A DNA stretch of 64,000 nucleotides, taken from the NCBI GenBank assembly GCA_963663475.2, contig CAXXJV010000001.1, positions 576,001 through 640,000 on the forward strand. Direction: 5' to 3'. The notes below the pieces were generated by a model. It did no database searches. It was not told the origin of the DNA and saw only the letters and a program-made list of their open reading frames with translations. The DNA comes from Candidatus Cloacimonadales bacterium. Lineage in GTDB: Bacteria > Cloacimonadota > Cloacimonadia > Cloacimonadales > JAFGVF01. Shown here one piece after another: positions 53,254 through 62,528 of this stretch; the stretch's first letter is position 1, and every line of letters starts with the position of its first letter. The position numbers were made by a program, and so were the translations under genes.

Positions 53254-54540
53254 ATGAAAAATATAATCCCGGTAGAAGTAACTTCTGAAGTAGGCAAACT
53301 TGATGGTGTAATTCTACACAGACCAGGTAGAGAAGTGGAGAATATGACACCTGGCAATGCTGAGAAAGCCTTGTACAGTGATATTTTAAATTTAAACGTT
53401 GCTGAGAAAGAATACGCTGATTTCTACGATGTACTTTCAATGATTACAACAACCTACGAAGTAAGAGACCTGCTCACAGAAGTATTAGTAAATGAAAAAG
53501 TAAAACACAATCTTATCCATAAAATATGTCAGAATGAAAATGAACCTAGAATCTTCAATTCTCTGATGTCTCTCTCTCCTAAAGAAACTACCCGTCAGCT
53601 CTTTGAAGGTGTAATTCTCAAAAAAAATAATCTTACAAATTTCCTTAGTCAGGAAAAATATATCTTAAGACCTCTCCATAATTTCTTCTTTATGAGAGAT
53701 GCTTCTATGTCTATTGGCAATGAAGTTCTCATTGGAAAAATGGCAAATCAGGTTAGAGAAAGAGAATCAATTATTATGGAAACCATCTTCGATTATCATC
53801 CTGATTTCAAGACTAGAACCTTCAATCCAGTAAATTCAAAAAAAGTATCTCCAAGTAAGATTACTATTGAAGGGGGAGATGTTCTAGTTGCTAATGAAAA
53901 CACTATTCTAATTGGTATGGGTGGTAGATCTACTTCTGAAGGTATTGATTACTTGATAGAACATTATAAAAATAGTGGTAAAGACTTCAATATTATTGTT
54001 CAGGAATTACCTCTAGCTCCAGAATCATTTATTCACTTAGATATGGTATTTACCTTCTTAAGTTATAATCAATGTATGGTTTATGAGCCTGTTATCTTAA
54101 AAAACAATAGACTTGAGACTGTTTCTATTCATATTAGAAATGGCCAAGTAAAGATAGCTTATGAAGATAATATAATCAAAGCTCTTGCTAAGCTTGGTCA
54201 TGAAGTTGAGCCTCTCTTCTGTGGAGGAAGGACTGATGTTTGGACTCAAGAGAGAGAACAGTGGCATAGTGGAACAAACTTCTTTGCAGTAGGGCCAGGT
54301 AAAGTTCTTGGTTATGGTAGAAATACTCACACAATGGATGAATTAGCAAAGAATGGTTATGCTGTTTTACCTGCAAGAGACATTGTAGCTAAGAAAACAG
54401 ATATTACCAAGTATGAAAAGTACTGTATAGCAATTGAAGGTTCAGAGCTTGCTCGTGGTGGTGGTGGCTGTCGTTGTATGACCATGCCTTTCAAGAGACA
54501 AAGTATCAACTCAAAAGCTGATGATAAGAAGGTTAAGTAA
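53254..54540 (+). CDS. arcA: Arginine deiminase
   Basis: SEVGKL..VILHRPG, FFMRD, IEGGDV, IHLDMVFT, ELARGGGGCRCMT. Confidence 0.93.
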   Translation: MKNIIPVEVTSEVGKLDGVILHRPGREVENMTPGNAEKALYSDILNLNVAEKEYADFYDVLSMITTTYEVRDLLTEVLVNEKVKHNLIHKICQNENEPRIFNSLMSLSPKETTRQLFEGVILKKNNLTNFLSQEKYILRPLHNFFFMRDASMSIGNEVLIGKMANQVRERESIIMETIFDYHPDFKTRTFNPVNSKKVSPSKITIEGGDVLVANENTILIGMGGRSTSEGIDYLIEHYKNSGKDFNIIVQELPLAPESFIHLDMVFTFLSYNQCMVYEPVILKNNRLETVSIHIRNGQVKIAYEDNIIKALAKLGHEVEPLFCGGRTDVWTQEREQWHSGTNFFAVGPGKVLGYGRNTHTMDELAKNGYAVLPARDIVAKKTDITKYEKYCIAIEGSELARGGGGCRCMTMPFKRQSINSKADDKKVK

Positions 54541-54547
54541 GAAGTAG

Positions 54548-56506
54548 ATGGAAAAAATTGAAATTCTTGAATATTTTGAAGGAAATGAATCTCACTTTGC
54601 TAAAAAAATAGAGGATAGAGATAATAGATTTCTAATTGAAAAAGCATCAAAGCAAAAACTGAAACTTTCTGCTAATAGAGTATTATTTAATCATATAATA
54701 ACTTCTGATAAAGAACTGCCTGAGATTATAGACAAGCTTAGTAAGTCTATAGAAAAACAGAAAACTAACTTTTCAGTTATTGAGCTTTGGGAACTTGCCC
54801 AAGAAGATATTCGAGAATATAGTGTTGAGGAATTAGCTTCATTCTTTGTTGATAATCCTGATACAGTAACCCAGTCTGCTCTTTTCCACCTAATTAGAGA
54901 AGAAAAGAATCACTTCAAACGTAAGGGCACCCTAGTTACTCCTAGGAAAGCTGAACAAATTGAAGAGATTCTTATTCAAGAAAATAAAGAAAAGGAGAAG
55001 CAAGAGATTTATTCTTTCTTCTCAGACAATATTGGGTTAGCTATGAGGAATGACTCGCTAGCTAACCCAGAAATTTTTAATCATTTAAAAGCCTGGCTTA
55101 AAGACCCATCTAACGAGCTTCTATCATCTGTTATTGATAAATATGCTAACGGCCAGGATAGTCGTTTTTTTGTCTATAACCTGCTAAAGGTTAACCAGAT
55201 AATCCCTGAAAATTCTGATAAATTTGCTACGATATATGGTGTTTCTACTGACTTCTCACAAACAACTAAACTTGAAGCTGAAAGATTAGAAATTGCTTGT
55301 TCAGATAGGGAAGACCTGTCTTACCTTACATCATATACCATTGATAGTGAAGAAACTAAAGAAATAGATGATGCTATTTCTTTTGATAGACTAGATGGCG
55401 AGTATCTACTAGGTATCCATATTACTGATTTAGCCAGCTTTATTAGTAAGGATTCAGTTCTAGACCAAGAAGCATTTGAGAGAGTTTCAACTGTCTATCT
55501 AGAAACTGGTGAAATCCCAATGTTTCCTACTGAAATTTGCCATGATAAACTTAGCTTAGTAAAAGATAAAATTAGACCCTGCTTGTCTGCTCTTTTCACC
55601 TTCTCAGAAGATTTTGAGTTAATCTCTAGGAGATTTACGTTAGCAAACTTGACTGTTAGGCATAAAATTTCCTATAATGAGCTTGATAAGATAATTAGGA
55701 AATCAAAATCAGACCCTAGTCATGATTTTAATATTCTCAAGAAACTCACAGATAAGCTCAGAAAGAAAAGATTCGAAGCTGGAGCAATTGAGATTAACAG
55801 GCCTGAGATAGAAATTAGGGTAGTGGATGGTAAAATAAAACTAAGTGCTACAAATCAAAGATCAATTTCTCGCAGGATAATCAGCGAACTGATGATTCTG
55901 ATGAATAATAATATAGCAGAATTTGCAGCCCAAAACCAGCTTCCCTTCATATATAGAATACAAGAAATGCCTAATGAAGACTATAAGCACTACCTGCAAC
56001 CTGATTTTTATGATCCTATTATGAATGATAAACTCATTAGAATGATTAGGCCTTCCAATTTCTCCTCTCAGCCAAGCAAACACTATGGATTAGGGGTAGA
56101 TTTCTATTCCCAAACAACATCACCTTTAAGACGGTATTTTGACCTTCTGATGCAAAGACAAATTGTCTCCTTCCTTAAACAGCAAACAGCATTATATAAT
56201 CAAGAAGAATTGTTGAGTTTTATTACTAATATTGAAGCAACTAATAAACACTATTCACAGCTATATACTGCTTCCTTTAACTTCTGGTTCTTAAAATATC
56301 TTGAAGAAAATCTTAAGTATGAACCACTCTCAGCAGTTGTTGTCTCTGATAATCAAAATTCCTATACCTTTGAGTTGTTAGATTTTGGTAAGAGATATAA
56401 TTTACGCACAAAAGATAATTTAGCCATAGGAGATACTGTAAGTTTATTAATTGAGAAAATTCAAGCTGAAAAAGATATTATTAAATTTTCCTTAATTAAT
56501 GACTAA
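54548..56506 (+). CDS. RNB-domain exoribonuclease (RNase II/R family)
   Basis: TIDSEETKEIDDAIS, IHITD, ELMILMN, HYGLG..YSQTTSPLRRYFDL. Confidence 0.9.
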   Translation: MEKIEILEYFEGNESHFAKKIEDRDNRFLIEKASKQKLKLSANRVLFNHIITSDKELPEIIDKLSKSIEKQKTNFSVIELWELAQEDIREYSVEELASFFVDNPDTVTQSALFHLIREEKNHFKRKGTLVTPRKAEQIEEILIQENKEKEKQEIYSFFSDNIGLAMRNDSLANPEIFNHLKAWLKDPSNELLSSVIDKYANGQDSRFFVYNLLKVNQIIPENSDKFATIYGVSTDFSQTTKLEAERLEIACSDREDLSYLTSYTIDSEETKEIDDAISFDRLDGEYLLGIHITDLASFISKDSVLDQEAFERVSTVYLETGEIPMFPTEICHDKLSLVKDKIRPCLSALFTFSEDFELISRRFTLANLTVRHKISYNELDKIIRKSKSDPSHDFNILKKLTDKLRKKRFEAGAIEINRPEIEIRVVDGKIKLSATNQRSISRRIISELMILMNNNIAEFAAQNQLPFIYRIQEMPNEDYKHYLQPDFYDPIMNDKLIRMIRPSNFSSQPSKHYGLGVDFYSQTTSPLRRYFDLLMQRQIVSFLKQQTALYNQEELLSFITNIEATNKHYSQLYTASFNFWFLKYLEENLKYEPLSAVVVSDNQNSYTFELLDFGKRYNLRTKDNLAIGDTVSLLIEKIQAEKDIIKFSLIND

Positions 56507-56784
56507 TGGTCCCATAATTTTCTTTGTAAGACAGATAAGCTAGGAAGCATAAAGCCAAATAAGAATAAGCTAAGATACAGAGTGTTGATAAAGTCAACTT
56601 CTCTAAGTTTTTGGTCTCTTTTTGCAAAAAGAGATCGCTAATAGATTTATTCAAACTCGAGCAAGATAGTATTTAAATACATTGCAGTGAAGAGTTTGGA
56701 TAAAGATATAGCGACTTTAATAAAAAATTTCTAAATTACTTAGATGAAGCTTAGTGTCTGATCCATTTCAAGAATTGTGAGTTT

Positions 56785-56856
56785 ATCCCAAATAATGCAT
56801 TAGACCTTTGAGAATAGCACTATATTCTTCTGTAAAGCCTAGTCCACCATTCGGGT
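56785..56856 (-). mobile_element. Short MITE-family copy (72 bp) overlapping the 3' end of the CCA gene
   Basis: Reverse complement ACCCGAATGGTGGACTAG...GAAGAATATAGTGCTATTCTCAAAGGTCTAATGCATTATTTGGGAT. Confidence 0.65.
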
Positions 56857-58071
56857 TAAAGATTTTTTAAGAATCTCTAGCAGGGCTTCTTTAGTCAAAA
56901 GTGGATTCTCAATCCAAATTCTTTTAGCTTCTTTGATATAGAAATTCTTTTCTCTAGCAGTTTTGAGATTTAACTTCTTGATGATAGTTAAACCATTTAA
57001 GGGGTAAATTGAATCTGTAAAAAGTTTTATCTTTTCTCTAATAATAGCATGTTGTGGGAAATTAGGGAAAGATATATCAAGAATTTCTAGGGCATAATTA
57101 AGGTCAGCAAGATTATTATAGACAAAATAATTGAGAGAAGGAATTTGCGAGTAATTTAGAAGAGCTTGAACGCATTCACTTATCCTCATAGCCTTTTTAA
57201 CTAATTTGATGTTTATAGTAAGTTTTATTAAAGCCTTTTCCATATCTTTAGTAGTGTCACAAGCAAGAGCTAAGAGGGCTAGTCTTATGACTAGTTCTGC
57301 TTTATAAGCATCTATTTTAGCTATAGCCTTTATGGTTTTCTCTTCCTTGTCTTGTAAAGGAGGTAAAATATAAGGCATTAGATGAGTTTGATAACAGAGC
57401 TTAAGTGCTTTGGCGAAGCCTTGTTTGAGAATCATAGCAATAAATTCATCTTTAATCCGCTCAATACTGATATATTGCAGGTGGTCTTTCCACTTAATGA
57501 TACCTTGCAAAGTCTGCTCTTCAATAGTAAAGTCAAGTCTAGCTGCAAATCTGATAGCTCTCAGTATTCTTAAAGGGTCTTCTTGAAATATTAAATCTGG
57601 ATCAGATGTAGATCTAATTAGTTTATTATTTAGATCATTAATTCCTCTCTCTGTAACATCAATTATTTCTTTTGTAGATATCTTGTAATAGAGAGAATTG
57701 ATAGTAAAGTCACGTCGGAAGGCATCAGCTTGTAGGCCTGCAAAATCAACTTGTGGATGCCTACTTTTATCCTGATAAACTTCAGATCTAGTCATAACAA
57801 ACTCAACTTTATGGCCAGCTATTTGAACCATTGCTGTACCAAATCTTTTATAAATAATTGGACGAGAGCATAATCTTTTCTTATATAAATACTTGGCTAG
57901 TCTAACACCTCCTAGGGGGAGATTAACGACGAAATCAAGATCATTTAAATCATTGTTAAGGAGAAGGTCACGAACGTAGCCTCCCACAAGAAAGGTCTTG
58001 TTAGCAAATTCCGAGTTAGTAATAGTGTTTGCTATAAGTTTAATTATATTTTCTAAGTCTTGTTTTTTCAT
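56839..58071 (-). CDS. cca: tRNA nucleotidyltransferase / poly(A) polymerase family
   Basis: LVGGYVRDLLL..DLDF, RRDFTINSL, EDPLRILRAIRF, SIERIKDE. Confidence 0.9.
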   Translation of the reverse strand: MKKQDLENIIKLIANTITNSEFANKTFLVGGYVRDLLLNNDLNDLDFVVNLPLGGVRLAKYLYKKRLCSRPIIYKRFGTAMVQIAGHKVEFVMTRSEVYQDKSRHPQVDFAGLQADAFRRDFTINSLYYKISTKEIIDVTERGINDLNNKLIRSTSDPDLIFQEDPLRILRAIRFAARLDFTIEEQTLQGIIKWKDHLQYISIERIKDEFIAMILKQGFAKALKLCYQTHLMPYILPPLQDKEEKTIKAIAKIDAYKAELVIRLALLALACDTTKDMEKALIKLTINIKLVKKAMRISECVQALLNYSQIPSLNYFVYNNLADLNYALEILDISFPNFPQHAIIREKIKLFTDSIYPLNGLTIIKKLNLKTAREKNFYIKEAKRIWIENPLLTKEALLEILKKSLTRMVD

Positions 58072-58213
58072 ATTAAAGAATAAATTATTGCAGTCTAGTA
58101 AACTGTCAATAGGATTTTAAAACCAATAGTACTGGAGACTTATGCAGAAGAATCTATATTCTTCACTAAAAGTCTACTCTAGCATTCGTGATTATGTCTT
58201 ATTCAGCTAAAAA

Positions 58214-58240
58214 CAAAAGCAGGTCTCAGACCTGCTTTTG
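58214..58240 (-). terminator. Intrinsic terminator of the Omp28-like gene
   Basis: CAAAAGCAGGTC-TCA-GACCTGCTTTTG, 28 nt past the stop, with a T tract on the minus strand. Confidence 0.8.
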
Positions 58241-58268
58241 TGGAATATTTTCTACAAATAGATTTTTT

Positions 58269-60134
58269 CTATTTGATTAAAATTGTTTTAGAACTAAATG
58301 TCTTTTCGGGAGTTACAACTTTATAGAAGTAAATACCGTTTGAACATTTGTTGCCATTTTGATCTCTTCCATCCCAAGTTATATTATGCATACCTTGTGT
58401 GAAAGTTTCATCAGCAAGAGTTTTAATCAATTGACCTTTCAAGTTATAAATAGACACTTGGATATGTTGAGCTTTTCTAGCTTGAATATCAATAGCAGAC
58501 ATCTTATTAAATGGGTTAGGATAAGAGCTTTTGCTTACGATCAACTCTTGACTATCATTTTCATTAGAAACACCATTGTTAATAATGATTTCGATTGGTT
58601 CTGAAGGCATGGAAAGTCCACCTGGAGAGTAAACACCTTTAATAACATAAACATGGGTGCCATCTTCAACATCTTCATCAGTATAAGTAAGAACTTCAGT
58701 GTCCATAATTGTAGCTATAAAGGTTGTACCTCTTTGGATTTTATAACCAAAAAGACCTCTAACTTCTGGGAATATTGGTGGTTCCCAGGTTAGGACTATA
58801 TCATTTCCATTTTCAACTGTATAAGCAAAGTTAGTAGGAGCTACTAAATCACTAATAGGATTTGGACTTGTGATTGTTACTTCTTGACCTGGCATTTGAT
58901 GCTCGTCAATTGGCATTATAGTGAATCTGAAGTATTTTCCAACATGCTCTGGTGTAAAGTGAAGAGTTAATTGATCAGCATTGATGTTATTAAAGTCTGA
59001 CCAGTTTTCACCATCATCAGAAATATACCAAGCCATCATAGTTTCACCCTCATCATCATCATCAGCATCAACGAAGTCATAAATAACATCTACTGAGAAG
59101 TTTTTCATTAAAACACCATCAAATCTAAGGTTTTCAGCAACAGGTGCCTGGTTAGGGAAGCCTGAACCTGAAAGAGTAATTGTGTTTGTTTCAAAACCTA
59201 GAATATCAGTGGTAATAGTTATTAATCCATTATAATCTGTTTCTTCTGTTGGTAAGAATGTGATAGTATGGTTTTCAATAGCACCAGGAGCTAGACTATA
59301 GTTCATTTCACCAGAAAGTTCAAAACCAGGAGCATCCATAGTGATACTTACATTTGTAGTTGTACCTGAAACGTTGGCTACTACGAATGATTTGGTAAAA
59401 TTAGAGCCAATATAAGCAGGACCAAAATCTGCTTCAGTCATTGAAACAGCAGAAGAACCAGCTTCATCAGCTTGGTAAATTTCTGAATCACCTGATAAGA
59501 TTCTTTGAACTAAAACAAAGCCTTTGATAGTTGAAGCATCCCAGCTTGAATCCACTGAGAAGGCATGACTATATGTACCGCTTTGACCAGCATTAGATTG
59601 AGTAAAATCTTCATCTGCATAAGCAATCACAGATGAGAAATAACTATCAGTTATATATCTGGTTAAAATATAAATAACCTTAACATTTGCATTATCAAAA
59701 GCTTGCTCAAGTTGGATAGTAGCATTTAAGCTATATTCACCAGCAGAGCCTAAAAGATAAGAATCAATTGTCATTGGTGCTTCATTATTAATTAGTTGAT
59801 TATAAATTGGTAAAAATTGTGCATTGTAAGCATCAACAGCTGCACCGACTTCTAGTTCAGTACCTTGGAAAGCTGTTTGAGGGATACCTTGTGAATTTGA
59901 ACCTACAAGTCCTCTTCTTGAAGAGTAGTTAGGGGATTGGTTAGCAGAGTCACCTTGCCAAATAAGTGGGACAACGTTTGGCTGGTTATTATAAAGATTG
60001 AACAGACCTGTTCTTGCGCGTGGACAGTATCCTCACCAAGATTCAGTGAATACTTCTCCAACAACATTTAATTGAGCTGCTGTGAGAGAAAGTAAACTAA
60101 GTAACAACATAGCAAAAATCATTGCTTTTTTCAT
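58269..60134 (-). CDS. Exported Omp28-like thioredoxin-fold selenoprotein (UxxC) with Ig/Fn3 domains and FlgD-Ig tail, 621 aa
   Basis: ATG 60134 after GAAGGAG; signal peptide; VVGEVFTESW-U(TGA 60035-60033)-GYCPRAR; open in frame into the 59774 ORF; SECIS-like hairpin downstream of the UGA. Confidence 0.88.
60000..60013 (-). promoter_or_regulatory. SECIS-like hairpin
   Basis: mRNA GAACAGGUCUGUUC begins 19 nt after the UGA; its apex CAGGUCUG matches the E. coli fdhF SECIS apex. Confidence 0.75.
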
Positions 60135-60546
60135 ACTTAAATTCTCCTTCCATTTTTTTAAGTTTTTGTATTTCACATCTTGTTGCAATATTATACAAGC
60201 AATTCTTTTATGGCAAGAACTTTTTTTATTAATAAGATTTTTTAAAAAAATTATTGCTCAAGTTAACTATGTTAACCATTAATTCAAGCCAAGTTCTAGT
60301 CATATATTCCCTTACCACATCTCCTCTTTTTATTACCGCAGGAAAGAACTTGAAACCCAAATTGAATAGTTGTACTTTCTGAAAACTAGCTAGCTTATTA
60401 GTAAACTTAATTATCTTATCTTCACCCTCCTCTCCTCCTTACTACTAGTGAAAAAGGCTTTTTTCCTTGACGTAAAAAAAGGCTTTTTAAATGATGCAGT
60501 TAGTAAAATATCGCAATATCTTAGATAATAAAAAGAGGTAATAAAA

Positions 60547-61749
60547 ATGACTATAGAAGAACAAGTAAAATTGCTTAAAAAAGGGGTTGAAGAAATAGTC
60601 CCTGAAGATCAATTAATTGCAAAACTCAAGAAATCAGCAAAGACAGGTAAACCTCTAAGAGTTAAATATGGCATTGATCCTACTGGATCTCAAGTGCATA
60701 TTGGCCATTTAGTTCCTATTAGAAAGATGAGGCAATTTCAAGATTTAGGCCACATAGGTGTGATTATTATTGGTGATTTTACAGCTCAAATTGGTGATCC
60801 TACTGGTAAAAATGAGACTCGTCCTCCTCTAACAAAAGAGCAAATAATGAAGAACTGTGAAAAGTATATGGACCAGCTCTACACAGTTTTAGATAAAGAT
60901 AAGACTGAAGTGAGATTCCAAACAGAGTGGTTTGGTAATATGACTATGGCTGATGTGATAAAGTTAATGGGAAGATTTACTCTAGCCCAGTTCTTGGCTC
61001 ATGACACTTTCCGTAAAAGATATGAAAATGGCTTACCTTTAGGAATGCATGAAATCATGTACCCAATTTTACAGGGTTATGATTCAGTTGCCATTGAATC
61101 AGATATAGAATTAGGAGCTACAGAGCAAAAATTTAATTTATTAGCAGGTCGAGATATGCAACGCTACCATAATCAAGAAGAGCAGGTTGCTATCATGTCT
61201 CCTATCTTAATGGGTACTGATGGTGTTAACAAAATGGGTAAATCTCTTAATAATTATATTGCAGTTTTCGACAGTCCTAAAGATAAATACGGTAAGGTAA
61301 TGTCTATTCCTGATAATCTTATTATTAATTATTTTACTTACGCTACTAATTTTACTGAGGAAGAGATTGCTTCAGTTCAGAAGAGATTAGAGTCTGGAGA
61401 AAACCCTAAGATTTTAAAACAGCTTCTAGCAAGGGAACTAGTAAAAATCTATCATGGTCCTGAGATTGCTCAAGCAGAAGAAGATGCTTTCAATTCTGTT
61501 TTTGCTAAAGGCAACATTCCTGATGATATTGAAGAATTTCATTTTAGTGAAGATAAAATCTGGATTATAAAGCTATTAACAGATACTAATTTATGTAAAA
61601 CAAATGGAGAAGCAAAACGCATGATTAAGCAGAATGCTGTCTCTATAGATGGCGAGAAAATAACCAATCCGGACTTAGAAATAGAATTGCAGGATGAATT
61701 TACTATAAAGGTTGGTAAAAGAAGATTCGCTAAAATTCTTAAACAATAG
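60547..61749 (+). CDS. tyrS: Tyrosine--tRNA ligase
   Basis: GIDPTG..HIGH, YPILQGYDS, KMGKS, C-terminal S4 domain. Confidence 0.96.
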   Translation: MTIEEQVKLLKKGVEEIVPEDQLIAKLKKSAKTGKPLRVKYGIDPTGSQVHIGHLVPIRKMRQFQDLGHIGVIIIGDFTAQIGDPTGKNETRPPLTKEQIMKNCEKYMDQLYTVLDKDKTEVRFQTEWFGNMTMADVIKLMGRFTLAQFLAHDTFRKRYENGLPLGMHEIMYPILQGYDSVAIESDIELGATEQKFNLLAGRDMQRYHNQEEQVAIMSPILMGTDGVNKMGKSLNNYIAVFDSPKDKYGKVMSIPDNLIINYFTYATNFTEEEIASVQKRLESGENPKILKQLLARELVKIYHGPEIAQAEEDAFNSVFAKGNIPDDIEEFHFSEDKIWIIKLLTDTNLCKTNGEAKRMIKQNAVSIDGEKITNPDLEIELQDEFTIKVGKRRFAKILKQ

Positions 61750-61764
61750 AAAGATAGGTAAATT

Positions 61765-62427
61765 ATGAATATGGATTTTACAAGTCAAGTCTTAGCCTTC
61801 TTCTTCATCTTTATGTCTATCGTTATCCATGAGATAAGTCATGGTTACACAGCCTATATGCTAGGAGATGATACAGCTAAGAGGATGGGGAGGTTATCCT
61901 TAAACCCTCTTCACCATGTAGATATATTTGGTACAATAGTGCTACCTATAATACTCTTCATGACTGCTGGATTTGCTTTTGGATATGCAAAACCAGTCCC
62001 AATAAACCCCTATAATTTTAAGAATTATAAGAAGGGTATGGGAATAACAGGGGCAGCAGGTCCTTTATCAAACTTTATAATAACCTTCCTGCTAGCAATA
62101 ATTTATGTTATTTTGGCTAAATCTGGCTTAGGGGATGGAGTAAGAGCCTTTAGTGTTTTAAGGCTGACAATGCAAGTAAATATTTTCTTAGCCTTGTTTA
62201 ATCTGATACCAGTTCCTCCTCTTGATGGTTCAAGAATTGTGGGTGCTTTTTTATCAGACCAAGCTTACATAAAATATTCTAAGTTAGAACGTTATGGAAT
62301 GTATATTATTTTAGGAGCCTTAGTTTTAGGTTCATTGTTAAACATTTCCATTATCGGATTAATAATCAATAAGCCTTTCCAAATTGTATGGGGTTTCTTT
62401 GCCCAGATGATTAATGCTTTGTTGTAA
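61765..62427 (+). CDS. Site-2 protease (M50) family
   Basis: HEISH, AGPLSN, FNLIPVPPLDG. Confidence 0.92.
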   Translation: MNMDFTSQVLAFFFIFMSIVIHEISHGYTAYMLGDDTAKRMGRLSLNPLHHVDIFGTIVLPIILFMTAGFAFGYAKPVPINPYNFKNYKKGMGITGAAGPLSNFIITFLLAIIYVILAKSGLGDGVRAFSVLRLTMQVNIFLALFNLIPVPPLDGSRIVGAFLSDQAYIKYSKLERYGMYIILGALVLGSLLNISIIGLIINKPFQIVWGFFAQMINALL

Positions 62428-62528
62428 GTCAAAGATTTAGTCCAAATAAGGCAGTAGATTTTTGATAAATAGAAATTAAAAAAAATAAAATAAAAAAAGG
62501 AATTACTTTGTATTTCCGAGGAGAATTT

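Noticed and set aside
58214-58240. GCAGGUCUG in the 3' hairpin of the selenoprotein gene as a 3'-UTR SECIS
   Set aside because: The motif lies in the stem of a typical terminator with a U tract; bacterial SECIS elements act directly after the UGA, where one already exists.
60033-60035. UGA as Trp or Gly (genetic code 4 or 25), or the gene as a pseudogene
   Set aside because: UGA serves as a normal stop elsewhere (e.g. 42306-42308, 48715-48717) and Trp is TGG. Both in-frame UGAs fall at catalytic Cys positions and are followed by hairpins.
60283-60546. T-box or riboswitch upstream of tyrS; lysine riboswitch upstream of kdd
   Set aside because: No T-box consensus or GC-rich aptamer is visible in either leader.
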